Source of the DNA: Sphagnum compactum
Lineage: Eukaryota
NCBI GenBank assembly: GCA_965153455.1
Contig: OZ234493.1
Span: forward strand, 16,358,213-16,422,212
Direction: 5' to 3'
Length of the DNA: 64,000 nucleotides
This document shows, in pieces, positions 40,626-52,785 of the stretch. Every line of letters starts with the position of its first letter. Position 1 is the first letter of the stretch. The notes beneath the pieces are model-generated. The model was not told where the DNA came from. It saw only the letters and a program-made list of their open reading frames with translations, and did no database searches. Position numbers and translations under genes: made by a program.

Positions 40626-41619
40626 CATGTCCTCAATTGATTTTTCCTTCCAAAACCTGGTTTTTTGGAATTTATTTGAATTTTCAGTGGTAGAAATCAC
40701 TTAAAACCCAATATCTCCCACCTTCTGAATCCAAGTCTTACCAAATAAATTCTATTAAATCCTACTCATCAAGATCTTTCCAATTTGGGTCAGACTTGTC
40801 ATATCACTATTACTAAATAATTGTTTTGATGTTGGATACACATCAATGGATTTTTTGTAAATTACTTAACAACCTTGGTATCTAGTGAGTCAAAGACCAT
40901 AAGTATGCACATATAATCTAATGCCTTTCATGACTTAGATTGCTGGGTTTCTAGTGACTAACTCATGGGAGCAATAGTGACAAAATTTTCAACTTTTAAA
41001 AAGGGTCATTAGCAAAAGAGGTAAAGTTGATGTCACTGTATCACTTCATATGATTAAGCAATTTACATGTTATGTTGGAGTTATGTTCAAGAGAAGGACG
41101 AAAATGGTAATAAAGGGGTTTACCACATGAAAAATCAACAAATATAATTTTTTTGAAAGTTTAAATAACCAGTAGGTAGGGTAGCCCATAACCACACACT
41201 CAAGGGTTTAGAGAGTTTAGGCACTTAGGGAATAGCTTGATTAACCATGGAGTCTAAAGATGAATTGTAGAGCACCTCTTGACACTCCCAACGCCATTTA
41301 TTGCTTGTCATTTGAATCAAAAATGAACAAGATATCACGTCCCAAAAAGCGAACACTATTAACTACTAGAAAAAATAGCCAACAAATAGAGGATTCTCTA
41401 TGATTAACACCTTTGATCCTATTTTCATAATCAAGGTTGATGAAAAGTAAACGCCACATGTCTTATAATCAAAACTGGATGAAGGGAAAAATAGACAAAA
41501 TTTTATGTAAAATTGTACATCCACCATCAACGGTTGGGATCAAAATTTTCAAATAGGGTTTCACATCCATGGTGATGGGTGTTCTTTTGTTCTTTGAACC
41601 TTAATTCCCACGACGTTAA

Positions 41620-41935
41620 CCCTAATTCCCCCAACACTTGGAGGCGCCATGGGGCTTCCCATAATGATCTCTCTCATTTCCTCTAGTCATTTTTGTCTAG
41701 TCTAGTCCTTAACATTTAGAGGCGCCACATTGTTTCTCACAATGAACTTTCTAGTTTCCTTTGGTCGTCTCCCTTTAGTTTTGTCCTCAACGTTTAGAGG
41801 TGCTGCAAGGCTTCCCACCATGATCTCTTTGGTTTCTTCTAATCGTTTACCTCTAGTCTAATTCTCAATGCTTGGAGGCACTGACGGGCTTCCCACTATG
41901 ATTTTTCTTGTTTCCTTTAGTCGTCTCCCTCTAGA
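41620..41935 (-). repeat. 78-bp (26-codon) tandem repeat x4
   Basis: GAGG anchors at 41641, 41719, 41797 and 41875 give an exact 78-bp period. The minus frame gives RGRRLKETRKIIVGSPSVPPSIEN*TRGKRLEETKEIMVGSLAAPLNVEDKTKGRRPKETRKFIVRNNVAPLNVKD*TRQK*LEEMREIIMGSPMAPPSV. Confidence 0.9.
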
Positions 41936-42159
41936 GCTTGAGAACTACATTTGGAGCTCGAGATGTGCACTTGTAGTTGTGCTTCTCAAGCTTGTTCATG
42001 TGGTTGCTTCTCCTTGTAAGGTTCGGTGTTGTTTAACTTATTGATGTCTTATATTTGCTCCATTGTCCATGTTCATGCCTACCTTGTGTGCGATGCAAGT
42101 ATGGAGTACAACACTTGAACTAACCAAGGGAGAACAAAAGTTGTTATGTTTGTTACAAG

Positions 42160-42770
42160 TTTGGTCCTTTTCTTCCCCTCTTCAAACAAGAGCTCAAACT
42201 CGACTACCACCCTAGTCCTTCTTTCTCTCTTCTCCTCAAGCTCAAGCTTGAGTTGTTGTTGTCTCAATCATTTTTTTTCCTTTCTTCAAGTAAGAGCTTG
42301 AGTTCAATTACCACCCCAGTCCTTCTCTCTCTTCTCTCCTCAAACTCAAGCTTGAGCTATTGTTACCTTAATCATTTTCTTTCCTCTCTTTGAACTTGAG
42401 CCTGAGTTACCCTAATCCTTCTTTTTCTCTCATGTCTTTTGTTCTCCTTGAGCTATTGTTACCCCGGTCTTTTTTTCTTTTCCTCTCCTCTCCTTGAATT
42501 GTTGCTGCCTTGGTCCTTCTCTCTCTCTTCTCCTCGAGTTGTTGTTGCTCTAGTCGTTCCTTTTCTCTCTTATCCTTGAGCTCAAGCTATTGCCACCCTA
42601 ACCTTTCCCTCCTTCTCCTCTCTTTGATCTTGAGTTACTTCTTGCCCTAATCCTTTCCTCCTTTTCTTCAACCCAGAGCTCAAGTTGCTGCCTACTCTGG
42701 TCCTTCTCTTTCTTTCCTCGAACTCAAGCTACTATTTTTTTTTCTCTCTTTCTTCAAGATCCTCTTGATT
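42160..42770 (-). repeat. CT-rich degenerate repeat encoding E/R/K-rich coiled-coil-like units on the minus strand
   Basis: Repeated GTCCTTCTCTCTCTTCTCCTC..AAGCTTGAG units; ORF fragment RQQQLKLELEEKRERRTRVVVEFELLFEEGKKR. Confidence 0.7.
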
Positions 42771-42989
42771 TTATTCTTCTCCCCCCATAACCCCCCCTTC
42801 CCAATTTTCTTGGGTACTATTCAAGTATGCAATGTCACAGCCTTGCTACAACATGCCCCTTTGCAATCATCCTATGTTTTGTCCTTGCCCTTAGCCTCTC
42901 TTTAGGCTTCTATAAAATTGCTACAATTGCCATTTGTATCTCTAGTTAGATTAGTTCTGCAATTGGCTTGAATGTTATAGTGAAACCTT

Positions 42990-44830
42990 TCTTTTGTTGT
43001 CTTGACATGTGTTGCAAACCAAACTTTATTTAAGGATATTCTTGCTTGTCTTTCAACTTGCTCTTTTGTTGCTCATTCTATAACATTCAATAACTCGATT
43101 ACTCGCCTTTCCTTTTATTCCTTTCTTTCCTTTTTTTTGACCTTTCTAAAATGTTTTATAATTTTTTTCTTTGTAACTTTTTGTCACATAATCTCCAAGT
43201 ATTCAATTGCAATCACAACGTGTGACTTGCTATAATCAATTAATGGTTTTGTCCTTCTTATTCTCCTTGCAAGTAAGCTCAGTAGTGAGAACAAATGTGC
43301 AAGGGCATTGGAACGGTAGATTTTTGACAATGTGGGACTTCATATGCAAGAACTTAAATAAAATCAAATAGGTTTATAGCTCTTCCATTACCTTGATCTA
43401 ATGTTCCTATTATTGAAAACTTAGCTTCATTTCCAAGCTATTCCACATAGAACCTTAGTCCTTGTTATCTGATTCCATCAAATTTTTGATCTCTTACATT
43501 TGTAACATTTTAGTTTTTTACATCATGAACATTTATAGTTCTCATGTTCATTAACTCACTAGCAGTTACATCCTCTCCCTATCGTGGGTTATCATTTCCT
43601 TCATCATCTAAGTTCCCAATGTTTTCATATGTATGTTTATTGTCATCTCTTAATGTATACAAATTATTAGGATTGGTCTTATCATCCATAGCCTTAGGAT
43701 TTAATGGTCAAACCCATGTTGCCCTGAACCCACTTAGTATGTTTTGTTTGGACAAGGATTGGTTGAATGTTTTGTCAACCCAACTAGCTTGTGTTACCTT
43801 GTTTAGCTCTAGATGATTGTTTCTAACCATGTTACATTTTTTTCTTTCCTGAAAGTAAACTTGAATGGCTTGAAATAACTCACATCTAGAGGTTGCAATG
43901 CACTAGAGGTGTGGGCAAGCAAAATGACCATATCCAAACCAAATTGTGACGCATATTCTATAGCTTCTAAAGTGACATGTGAACCATGCCCATTTAGGAT
44001 TAGTAAATGGTGATTAGATTGGGATATGCAACTAGGGACTGACTTGATAAAAAATGAGAAGAACCCTTGAACAAAAAACAAGTCATCCATGTTTTTTTTG
44101 CGCAACCATACATGTTCTAGGTTTATACTCTCTAATTATCTTTGATTCCTTCACCTCTAAAATGTAAAATCCCAATACAAAAATTCTTATAGCATTGACA
44201 ACAACATTTACAATTAAGCATTTTTAGGATTTAGGAATCTAGTGTTGTATACTTCTTCTGAGCCTCTTTTGACCAACATTTTAACTCTTGACTATTGCCC
44301 AACTTGGATACCTATTTCATCTTAATTCCAAATGTGAGTTGTTGAATACTTATGTTGATGATACAATGTTTGGAGGTTTTTATAAAATGAATTGTAGGAT
44401 TCATTTGTGAATCCTTAAGCTTTGCAAACCTCCAGTCCCTTTAAAATTCGAATTGTTAATTCTGGATGCCTATGCTTGAACTAATACCACTAGGATTATC
44501 CCAAAATCCCAACCTTGAATGGTGTAGGGTGGGTAAATGTGAGTTTTGCTACCTTTAATTTGAACTATTATAATGTTATTAACAGCCCGCAATTTTGCAT
44601 GTTAAGTATCCAACTAACTATTATTAAATCTTCTTCATGTGTTAACACACATGGTGACCCATGTTTCGTAAATCTTGTCTTAACAGTGAGGTGATCTGAT
44701 AAGGATGTGAGGGGTATATTCCAAGTTTGGTTGGCACTCTGCAATGATGTAAAGCCACTCTCCACTACATCCATATCCTCTTTTAAGGCCTCTATTGTCC
44801 ACTTGCCTCTTATAATATTGTTTGTTCTTA
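42990..44830 (-). mobile_element. Degenerate near-full-length pogo/Fot1-like transposase (psq-HTH, CENP-B HTH, DDE_1)
   Basis: RGKWTIEALKEDMDVVESGFTSLQSANQTWNIPLTSLSDHL..VLTHEEDLIIVSWI, FKHRHPELTIR, IWN*DEIGIQ, HLLILNGHGSHVTLEAIEYA..LLAHTSSALQPLDVSYFKPFK, and the C-terminal KPLIDYSKSHVV..EYLEIM. Confidence 0.85.
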
Positions 44831-45483
44831 CTTGTTTCTAGCCAATGTTTTGTGTAGATTACACGAACATTCTACTTGTCAGTAATTTCCTAATGAATGG
44901 CATAGTCTTCCTTCTACAAGGGACATTCAACATCATGGTTGATTACATCCTCTTACCCCTAGCCTCCTATGGACTGGGGGTTCACGCCTTGCTACCAACA
45001 AAGGTATACCTTAAGTTTTCCTGAAATTAAATCAAGACTAGAAATTTTTTGTTAGTTTTAGATGTGTCAAAAGCATATTCTAAAATCTTGAAAGTTTCAA
45101 AGATTAAATCATAGAAATTTGAAAAATATGCCTTGACTAATTTTTCATATCTTATTATTATGTAGGTTGTTAGTGTGAATCTAAAGCCACAATTCAAGCG
45201 AACTTGGGGGAACTTGCAAGATCCTAGTCTTTTACTAATTTCTGGTTGTTTTGTTATGTATGTAATTAGCCAACAATAGCATAAAAACGTCTTGTACCTT
45301 TCATTATAAAACTTGTCTATCATAGCAATCTTGCACTCATCATTTGTCTCCTCTACCTTAACCTCTATGTTGGTGTCCTCTTTTATTTTTTTCACTATTA
45401 TATCTAGCTAATCTTTAGACTTGTCATCATTTTTTCTCTTTGTGCACTCGAAACTAATTGATTCTAACAGTTCTACAATTGGC

Positions 45484-47670
45484 TTAGATAAATTGACACT
45501 ATGTTTTCAAAATTCTGTTACCATTCATTTGAGACCTTAGCACTATTGCACTAGGACATAAAAGCTTGAAGAAACTTTGAACATACCTCTTCAACATAAT
45601 GAACATACTTTGACTTGTTGTCTTTTAAAAAATAATACAAAATCTTTTATTGTAAATGAATTTAAATTCCACTATGGAGCTTGAAATTCCATGTTCAAGT
45701 TTTCGAGGAAAAGATCTTGAAGGAAAATTGTTATATAACATAATATTCCAATATTTGTCCTTGGATTTTTTCCCTTGTTTGTCAGCCCATTAGTAAATAG
45801 TAGACATGCCATTATGGCTTAAATCAAATCCCAAGGATTTATCCAATACGTATAACCAAACATTAAAGGGATGGTTTTCCCACATTATTTCATAAATTCC
45901 CAAACAATTGTTTGAAACAATGGGTTAAGCCCAACCCCATTTCCAAACAATTTTGTGCACAATATTGATGGGGTCCCCTTTTAAAAGAATACATTTTTTT
46001 CTAATTATAAAGGTCTTACACACCCAATGTTAAACATATTTTCCCAATTGTGGTGAGGGAATTTGTTTTAATAATGTGCCCCTCTTATAAAAGTAAGGGG
46101 GCTGATCCTCCCACCCTGTTGATTTGCTTCTCCCACCCTCCCCCCCCCTTATCTCGTCTCCTCCCTTTAATTCTCACCACCTCCGTCTCCGCCTTTCTGA
46201 TTCCCCCCATTAATGGCCTAAGTACTGGGCAATTACAAACGTCGTGTCCAGGCCTCCTGCATTCCTTGCAAAGACGCGGGGCTCTGCCAATTGGCTCAAA
46301 GGCGCTTGGTTCCCGACGCGTTGATGATATTGGCTGGCGGCTTGTGGCACGCGCGGCGACAGTAGCAACGGATGGGCGTCCGCGTACACGGGCAACGACA
46401 GGCGAGATAAGGGGGGGGGGAGGGTGGGAGAAGCAAATCAGCAAGGTGGGAGGATCAGCCCCCTAAAAGTAAACCTACATTGGAAAATGGGTATGGTTAG
46501 TCCCCTAAACCCAAAAGAAATCTTCTTTTACAAGTGGGGTTTCATATTTTATAAATATTTTTTTCCAATATGAACATAACTGCCTTTTAAACCATGCATA
46601 ACCAATCTTCTACTAAGTAGGTAACACTTAATAAAGGCACACAATTATTCTAACATTGGTGGGTCCTTTTCTTTAAAAAATACACATATTTTTGCACATG
46701 GGTATGCCCCCACACCCAGGCGTTTAAATTATTGGGAAAGACCCTAAAACTTTGTCTTTAACCAAATGTTTGGTGATAAGTTCTCCTTTGAATGTAAATG
46801 AGTGGTGAAATATGTTCGTCATAAGTTTTTTTGTTTGCAAGGGATGTTTGGTTATAGATGGACATTCAGTTATGGGATGTTCTACCCTACCACCACCACA
46901 TGAAAAGATTGGAAGTGCATTAGAGTGCAAATGCATATGTAGTCTTCCATTTGAAATTTCCATATCATTGTACAAAGTGTGTGTGTATGATGAATCTAAT
47001 AGGTACATATTAATTAAAAGTTCATTCAAATTTGATCAAGAGATATATTATGCAATCTATAGACAACAAACATATGTGTCAAATGAATAGAATGAGTGAA
47101 ATGATCAACCATAAGTTTTGTAATATAGTAATGCATGGAATCTTTATTAGGGTAAAGACCAATGTTGTGAGGGTATCTGGTGTACAAGGTAAAAACCGAG
47201 GGTTTAGCTTCTTGTGACCAAACCCAATTGACACCGTTTTGTTGGAATTAGTACAAAAGAACCAAATTAGATTGACATTTTGTTTTTAGAACTATGTTAT
47301 CATTCACTTGAAACCTTAACACTAGTGCACTAGGATGTAAAAGCTTTAAGAAACTTTGAATACCTTCTTCAACGTAATCAGTGTATTTCAACATGTTATC
47401 TTCTAGAAAATAATATAATTTAGATTCCACTCTGAATCTTGAAATTGTCCATGCTCAATTTTTGGAAGGAAAAATCTTAAAGACAAAGTTGCTAGATAAC
47501 ATAATATTCCAATATTTGTCCTTGGATCTTTTCCCTTGTTTGTCACCCCATCAATAAATAACAAACATGCCATTATGGGTTAAATCAAATCCCAAAGATT
47601 TATCCAATACCTAAAACCAGACATTAAAAAGGCTAATTTCCCACATTATTTAAAAAATTCCAAAACAAAC
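45484..47670. repeat. Dispersed direct duplication of ~400 bp (45484-45907 and 47267-47668)
   Basis: Shared blocks TAACATAATATTCCAATATTTGTCCTTGGAT, TTCCCTTGTTTGTCA, ACATGCCATTATGG.TTAAATCAAATCCCAA.GATTTATCCAATAC and CCCACATTATTT. Confidence 0.85.
46097..46463 (-). mobile_element. Young non-autonomous Mutator-like element (MULE), 367 bp, retaining a transposase C-terminal/CCHC fragment
   Basis: ~60-bp TIRs GGGGGCTGATCCTCCCACC..GATTTGCTTCTCCCACCCTCCCCCCCCCTTATCTCG (2 mismatches, 1 indel); perfect 9-bp TSD TAAAAGTAA at 46088-46096 and 46464-46472; internal minus frame RGRP..STRREPSAFE..CKECRRPGHDVCNC. Confidence 0.9.
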
Positions 47671-49490
47671 ATATGTGTACAATGAATAGAATGAGTGGAG
47701 TGAACCTATAAGTTTCCCAATATAATATTGATTTTTTTCATAACCATTGGGAACGTTCTTTGTTTAAAAAGAAAATTTGATCTTAATTAGGTTATCAATT
47801 TCAAAAAATTGGATGTTAAGTTATCAATACTTTTGAGTTATGCATAAAAGTAAGTTATGAAATAAGTGGTTGATAACTATCAATTATCTTGTTGGTTATT
47901 AATCATTTAAAGGTTTTTTCTCATTTTAACTTTTTGTATTTCTATCTTATGTCTTTAACATGCTTAACATTTTAAGATTGACAACTTAGTTGGATGATAA
48001 TTAAGTCATATGGGTACATTATTGAAATTGAAAATTCAATACTAGATTGTTAGGTTATTAATATGTTATTAAAAAAAAATTAGTTGGTAGATTATCCATT
48101 TGCAAGTTGATAACTAGTTCAAAACTCAATAATTGTTCAACATTGGTTTCAACCTCCTAATCCCCACCTTTTTCCTATTACCAAACATAAATTTTCAAAA
48201 TTCAAATGCCTTACCACAATGTGGTTCAAACTCATCAATGTTTTAAATCCTTAAAGTAACACAATATGTTTAACAACTTCAAAATTATTCCATTGAAATA
48301 CACATTTTGCAACATAAATTGAGAAAAATAGTTGAAATTTACTCAGCCAGACAAAAATATATCAAAATGGACTTAATGTATTAAATTTGGTTGATTTAGA
48401 AGTTACCACTTGTTAAAGAGCATAATATCCCAATAATACCTGAAACTCCACACATGCAAAACCAAATTACAACTTCATAAATTTTGAATATTATCATTTT
48501 TGAACTACCCTTCGTTTAATTCTAATGATGATAGTAACATTGGTGCTAATATAGGCAGATATGTTGAGGGTTCACAAGTCATCATGTTAGAGTTCAATGG
48601 ATTTTATGTTTTAATCTAAAACCAAAATTTAGGATATTCAAGACCTTAGAATGTATCTAATTAGTTAACTTACTCATCTACTAATTTTTTAACATATGAT
48701 TTTACAAAAATAAATTTTGATTTGAAATTTGCTTTAAATGGGATGGAAAGGTGTCATTTCATATTTTGGTTTCAGGGAACTTAATTTTCACAAAATCAAC
48801 TCTTTCATCGTTTTTTTCATTGTTGCTAGCAATGTGTAGCAAAGTGGAGCCCAAGTTTTTTTCATCGGAGTTTACGAGCTACTATGAGTAAAAAATCATT
48901 TATTTAGAATTACCACTTACAATATTTACCATCTATCATTACCAAAGTTCACGGGTGAGCATTACAAATTGCAACAAATCCTAGCAAGTTATCCCTTGAT
49001 TCTTAAGGTTCGTAACCATAGTCCTCAAGAACTCAATGAAATGTTATGATATATTACCACAAATCAAAAAACAAAACCATTAATATAAAACCGATTTCAT
49101 TCATGAAAACGGTTGGTTCTTTGAAGTTTTTGAAATAACCTTCTTTGATTAAAAACAAATCCAAGCTTGAAAATTCTCTTACTCTGAAATATTCGAGAAA
49201 TTGGAACACGAGGTTATTTAAAAACTCAAATACCCACCCAAAACTTTTGAACACACCACCCTGTACGGGTATCAAATTTTTTGAATTAGAGTCATACCGG
49301 CCTGTTACTCATATTGGATCTTTTTAAAACTCGTACTGGCTTGGTCTTGGTATCAGGGTGCAAGGCTGACTTAGGGCAGGTGTGTGACGGGTATATATAT
49401 ATGATATTGAGATCAACATAACCTCAATATTCAACGGGTGTTACCTCAAGACCCTAGTAGATAGGTATCGGTATGTCTCATGTTATATTA

Positions 49491-50229
49491 GGCCTGCTTT
49501 AGACTAGGAGTTGGGGTCAAAAAAATTTGCGGCCAAGAATGGGAAATTTGAGCACTCCTTGGCTCGTAATTTGGCCCCATGTTACTAATAAAATGTTATT
49601 TGTTTGGGGGCCAATGAGTTCATGTCTAACCATTATGGCCCAAAAGTAGGGACCAAGAACTTAATCCCTCATATTTTTTCATTATTATTTTTCTCGGTAT
49701 CATTTTTTTTCTCATCTTTGCTTCTTTTCTTGAGCTAAACCATAAAAGTTAGACCACCATGGATGAGTATAGGCACAAGATTCCCTCAACTCTTGTGTTT
49801 TTCACGACCATTTCCCAAGTAGAAAAAAATAGAAACCTCCCCTCCATCATTCACAAACAAGCATAGTAGCTCAACAAGAGAAGAAAAAAAATGAAGAAAG
49901 ATGAAATGAAAAAAATAAAATATAGGTTTGATTTAGGGTTTGATTTACTTTGGTCTTGAAGTGTGAAATTTTATCAAAATAACAATATTTTATTACAGCA
50001 ACATTGATCCCAAGGGTTGCACATGGCCTCCCATGTTGCCATGGGATCCCTTTTCTGCCTTGGGGCCTAGTAAGGGCCACAAAAATGATAAAATTAAATT
50101 TAAAAAAAAAAAATCTTTTTCACCCTTGACTCCTAATGTAAAGCCCTGGGGCTGATTTCAGTGATTGCACCAATAGGAATGCTTGATTTGAGTACAACCT
50201 TGGGTTGGACTCCTAAGGTAAAGTGGGCC
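49491..50229. mobile_element. Tourist-like MITE, 739 bp, same family as 10761-11131 in opposite orientation
   Basis: Ends are GGCCTGCTTTAGACTAGGAGT and ACTCCTAAGGTAAAGTGGGCC; TTA TSD. The right ~110 bp is the reverse complement of the left end of the 10761 copy (CAGCATTCCTATTGGTGCAA..TGAAATCAGCCCCA). Confidence 0.8.
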
Positions 50230-50672
50230 TTAGTCTGGGTTGGTTTTTTGATACCAGGACCAGTACCAGTCCATAGACTAGGGTTCCAGTCTGGTACCCA
50301 CCCAACACTGGTTATTACTGGTGTTGGGTGGTCCTTACTTTTATTAAAAAAAGCCTACTGTTGCATTTTCAGAAAATAAATTTTAAAAATAGTTTTGCTT
50401 CTGGTTCCAAACATAAATGGAACTACGAATCTGGTTTTTGGGTCCAGTTTTTTTTTTTTTTAATTAATTTAAATTGTGATACCGCCCAATTTAGTGTGAT
50501 TTTAATTTTCAAATTTCTGAACTTGGCAAATCATGCACAAAAGGGCTTAGCCATATTTGGCTAGAGGGGAAAGTAGAAAACTTCACAATTCCTCCTATAA
50601 TTTGGCTTACTTGTTGGAAGCTATTCTCTAAATAAGAGGAGCTTAGATTTTGTTTCCTCGTAATGTGGCGAC

Positions 50673-50836
50673 TTGGGCCCAGTTTTTCCCCAAAAATATC
50701 CATTTGAACCTTCTTCGGCTTCCTTTTTTTTTTCTCGCCAGGTTGCCAAAATTCGCCAAAAAAGGAAAAATACTGCACCCAATGTGCTGAAATATCATTT
50801 CCTGTTGATATTTCGGGCAACGACACAAAACCCTAA
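50673..50836 (+). promoter_or_regulatory. Site II-like (TGGGCC) and telo-box (AAACCCTAA) motifs upstream of PAM18
   Basis: TTGGGCCC at ~50673-50680 (inside a MITE-like tract) and AAACCCTAA at 50828-50836, followed by a GC-rich leader; further TTAGGGTT motifs near 51271 and 51285. Confidence 0.45.
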
Positions 50837-51356
50837 TTCGCGTTTCTCTTTCCCTTTTGTTGTCTCGTGAAGGTTTCGCATTTCCTCGCCGGCTGTGCTT
50901 TGGAGACGCGAGAGGCGAGCGGAGAAGTGTTGCGCACAGAACGGGGACGACCAACAAGACGTAGTCACCTACCTGTAAGCTTTTTGGGAAATCTGTTGAA
51001 TTCACTTCATCTTATGAACTGTTTTTGATTCAGTGCAGGAGGACGAGGAGAGATTGGCTTTCCAAGACCTTTTTTTTTTCCTAACTTTGAGACAGACCTT
51101 GAAGTTTATAGAACTAATCTCGTCGCAATAGGCTGAATGTAGGTTCCTTCTCCTTGTTTAGAACAGGGTTTTAGAAGTTCAGGAATGTTTTGAATTAGAC
51201 TGACTTGAGTTTTGGTTGTAGCAGACTGAATGTGCCATCGTTTCTCAACAAGTTTATGAAGAGGTGGAAATTAGGGTTCGGAAATTAGGGTTTAGAGATT
51301 GCGTGTTGCTTGTTGCAATACGCTTCTGGATGAGCGAAATCTCTTCGTCAAGAGCT

Positions 51357-51695
51357 ATGGCTACGCCGTTGATAGCGGGGATAGCAGTGGCAGTGACAGC
51401 CTTGGCAGGTAAGTACGGGATAGAAGCATGGCAGGCATTCAAGACCCGTCAAGCAGTGCCAACAGTGAGGAAGTACTACGAGGGTGGATTCCAAGCTGTG
51501 ATGACCAGGAGGGAAGCTGCTCGCATTCTTGGAGTGAGGGAAAGTGTAGCACAGGACAAAGTGAAGGAAGCTCATCGGCGCGTGATGCAAGCAAATCATC
51601 CTGATGCAGGTGGGAGTGATTACTTAGCTTCCAAGATTAATGAGGCCAAGGATCACTTGCTCGGTCAATCTCGTGGCAGCGGCTCTGCTTTCTGA
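51357..51695 (+). CDS. PAM18: Mitochondrial import motor J-protein PAM18/TIM14, 112 aa, intronless CDS
   Basis: MATPLIAGIAVAVTALAGKYGIEAWQAFK..RKYYEGGFQAVMTRREAARILGV..HRRVMQANHPDAGGSDYLASKINEAKDHLLG..GSAF: N-terminal hydrophobic segment, YEGGF..MTRREA motif and HPD J-domain. An in-frame upstream ATG at 51330 could add 9 aa. Confidence 0.97.
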   Translation: MATPLIAGIAVAVTALAGKYGIEAWQAFKTRQAVPTVRKYYEGGFQAVMTRREAARILGVRESVAQDKVKEAHRRVMQANHPDAGGSDYLASKINEAKDHLLGQSRGSGSAF

Positions 51696-52785
51696 ACTGT
51701 CCATGGTGTCAAACATACATACCACTTTCTGCATCAACTGGAATTGCAATGGAATCCAACTTCGGGAGTTCAATGGCCTGTTTATCTCTGTAGCTCTGGA
51801 TTCTGCTGATCTGCTGGTCCTTGCTCAGAGCTTCAAAGAACAGACAGCTGGAGGTTGTATGCAGTATTACGAGCTTGTATTGTGCTTGACCCAGGGTTTC
51901 AATTCTTAGAAGTCAGATCCCAAGATTTAGTGAACCTGATTTCCTGTTCACCTTCCTAATTATGAGCTCTGAATGTAGTAAAACTTTGTTCATTTCTAAT
52001 GATCTGAACATAGGTGCAATTACTTCAACCATACTTCAAGTATGGAATCCAAAAACCCAAATGTCTTGTTCTCCTTCTAGACTTTTGGTAATTGGGTCTT
52101 CATATTTTGCTGGTTTTCCAGGTGGATATGTTCGGGGGTTTGTCAAAGGCAGAGATGCTTCTTCAAAAGACTACCTGTTTCAAAATTTTGAGTATTTGGA
52201 CTTGAAGAGAAAGCACGTAAAACTAACACTTCAGTAGAAATTCTTGCTCTATGTTTTCCATCTTGAAATAGTGGGACATTGGCGCTTTGCAACATGCAAA
52301 GACTCTTTTTGCATGTTGCGTATTACATTGCCCTAGACTGGTCCCCTCCGCTAAATCAAATAAGTTGTTATGTGTTCGTTATGGATACTTATTTGACCAA
52401 AGGCACATTTGGATCACAGAATTGCTGGGCAATCCACCATCATTGCTGGTCATCCTTGGACCATAGGTTTTTTTCATTAAGTCACCCTGTATCAATGACC
52501 AGCAATGAGTTATTTGACTCTGCAATCAAGGCCAGATTCCACAATGGTCTCTCCAGTGCCTTGTCATCTTCCTGCACTTCCAGAGCTTCTACTTTTGCCT
52601 GTGCATCTAGATCACCTCCATGGTCTCCCCAATCTCTCTATATAAGCTCACCCTGCAGGTGATGATCAAGTTTTTAACCATCTGTATATCAAGATCTACA
52701 TCAGTCCATTAACTGGTGCTGCAGGCCACACTGAGAAGTGTTATTGTGTTGGTGTGCTATGGTGAATATTACATGTTTTCTCCAG

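Noticed and set aside
46050..46466. 138-aa plus-strand ORF as a host gene
   Set aside because: It lies almost wholly within the GC-rich MULE and runs through both TIRs; the motif-bearing frame is on the minus strand.
51264..51356. N-terminal extension of PAM18 in the ORF track
   Set aside because: It starts at GTG and runs through telo-box-like leader sequence; the typical plant PAM18 start is MATP at 51357.
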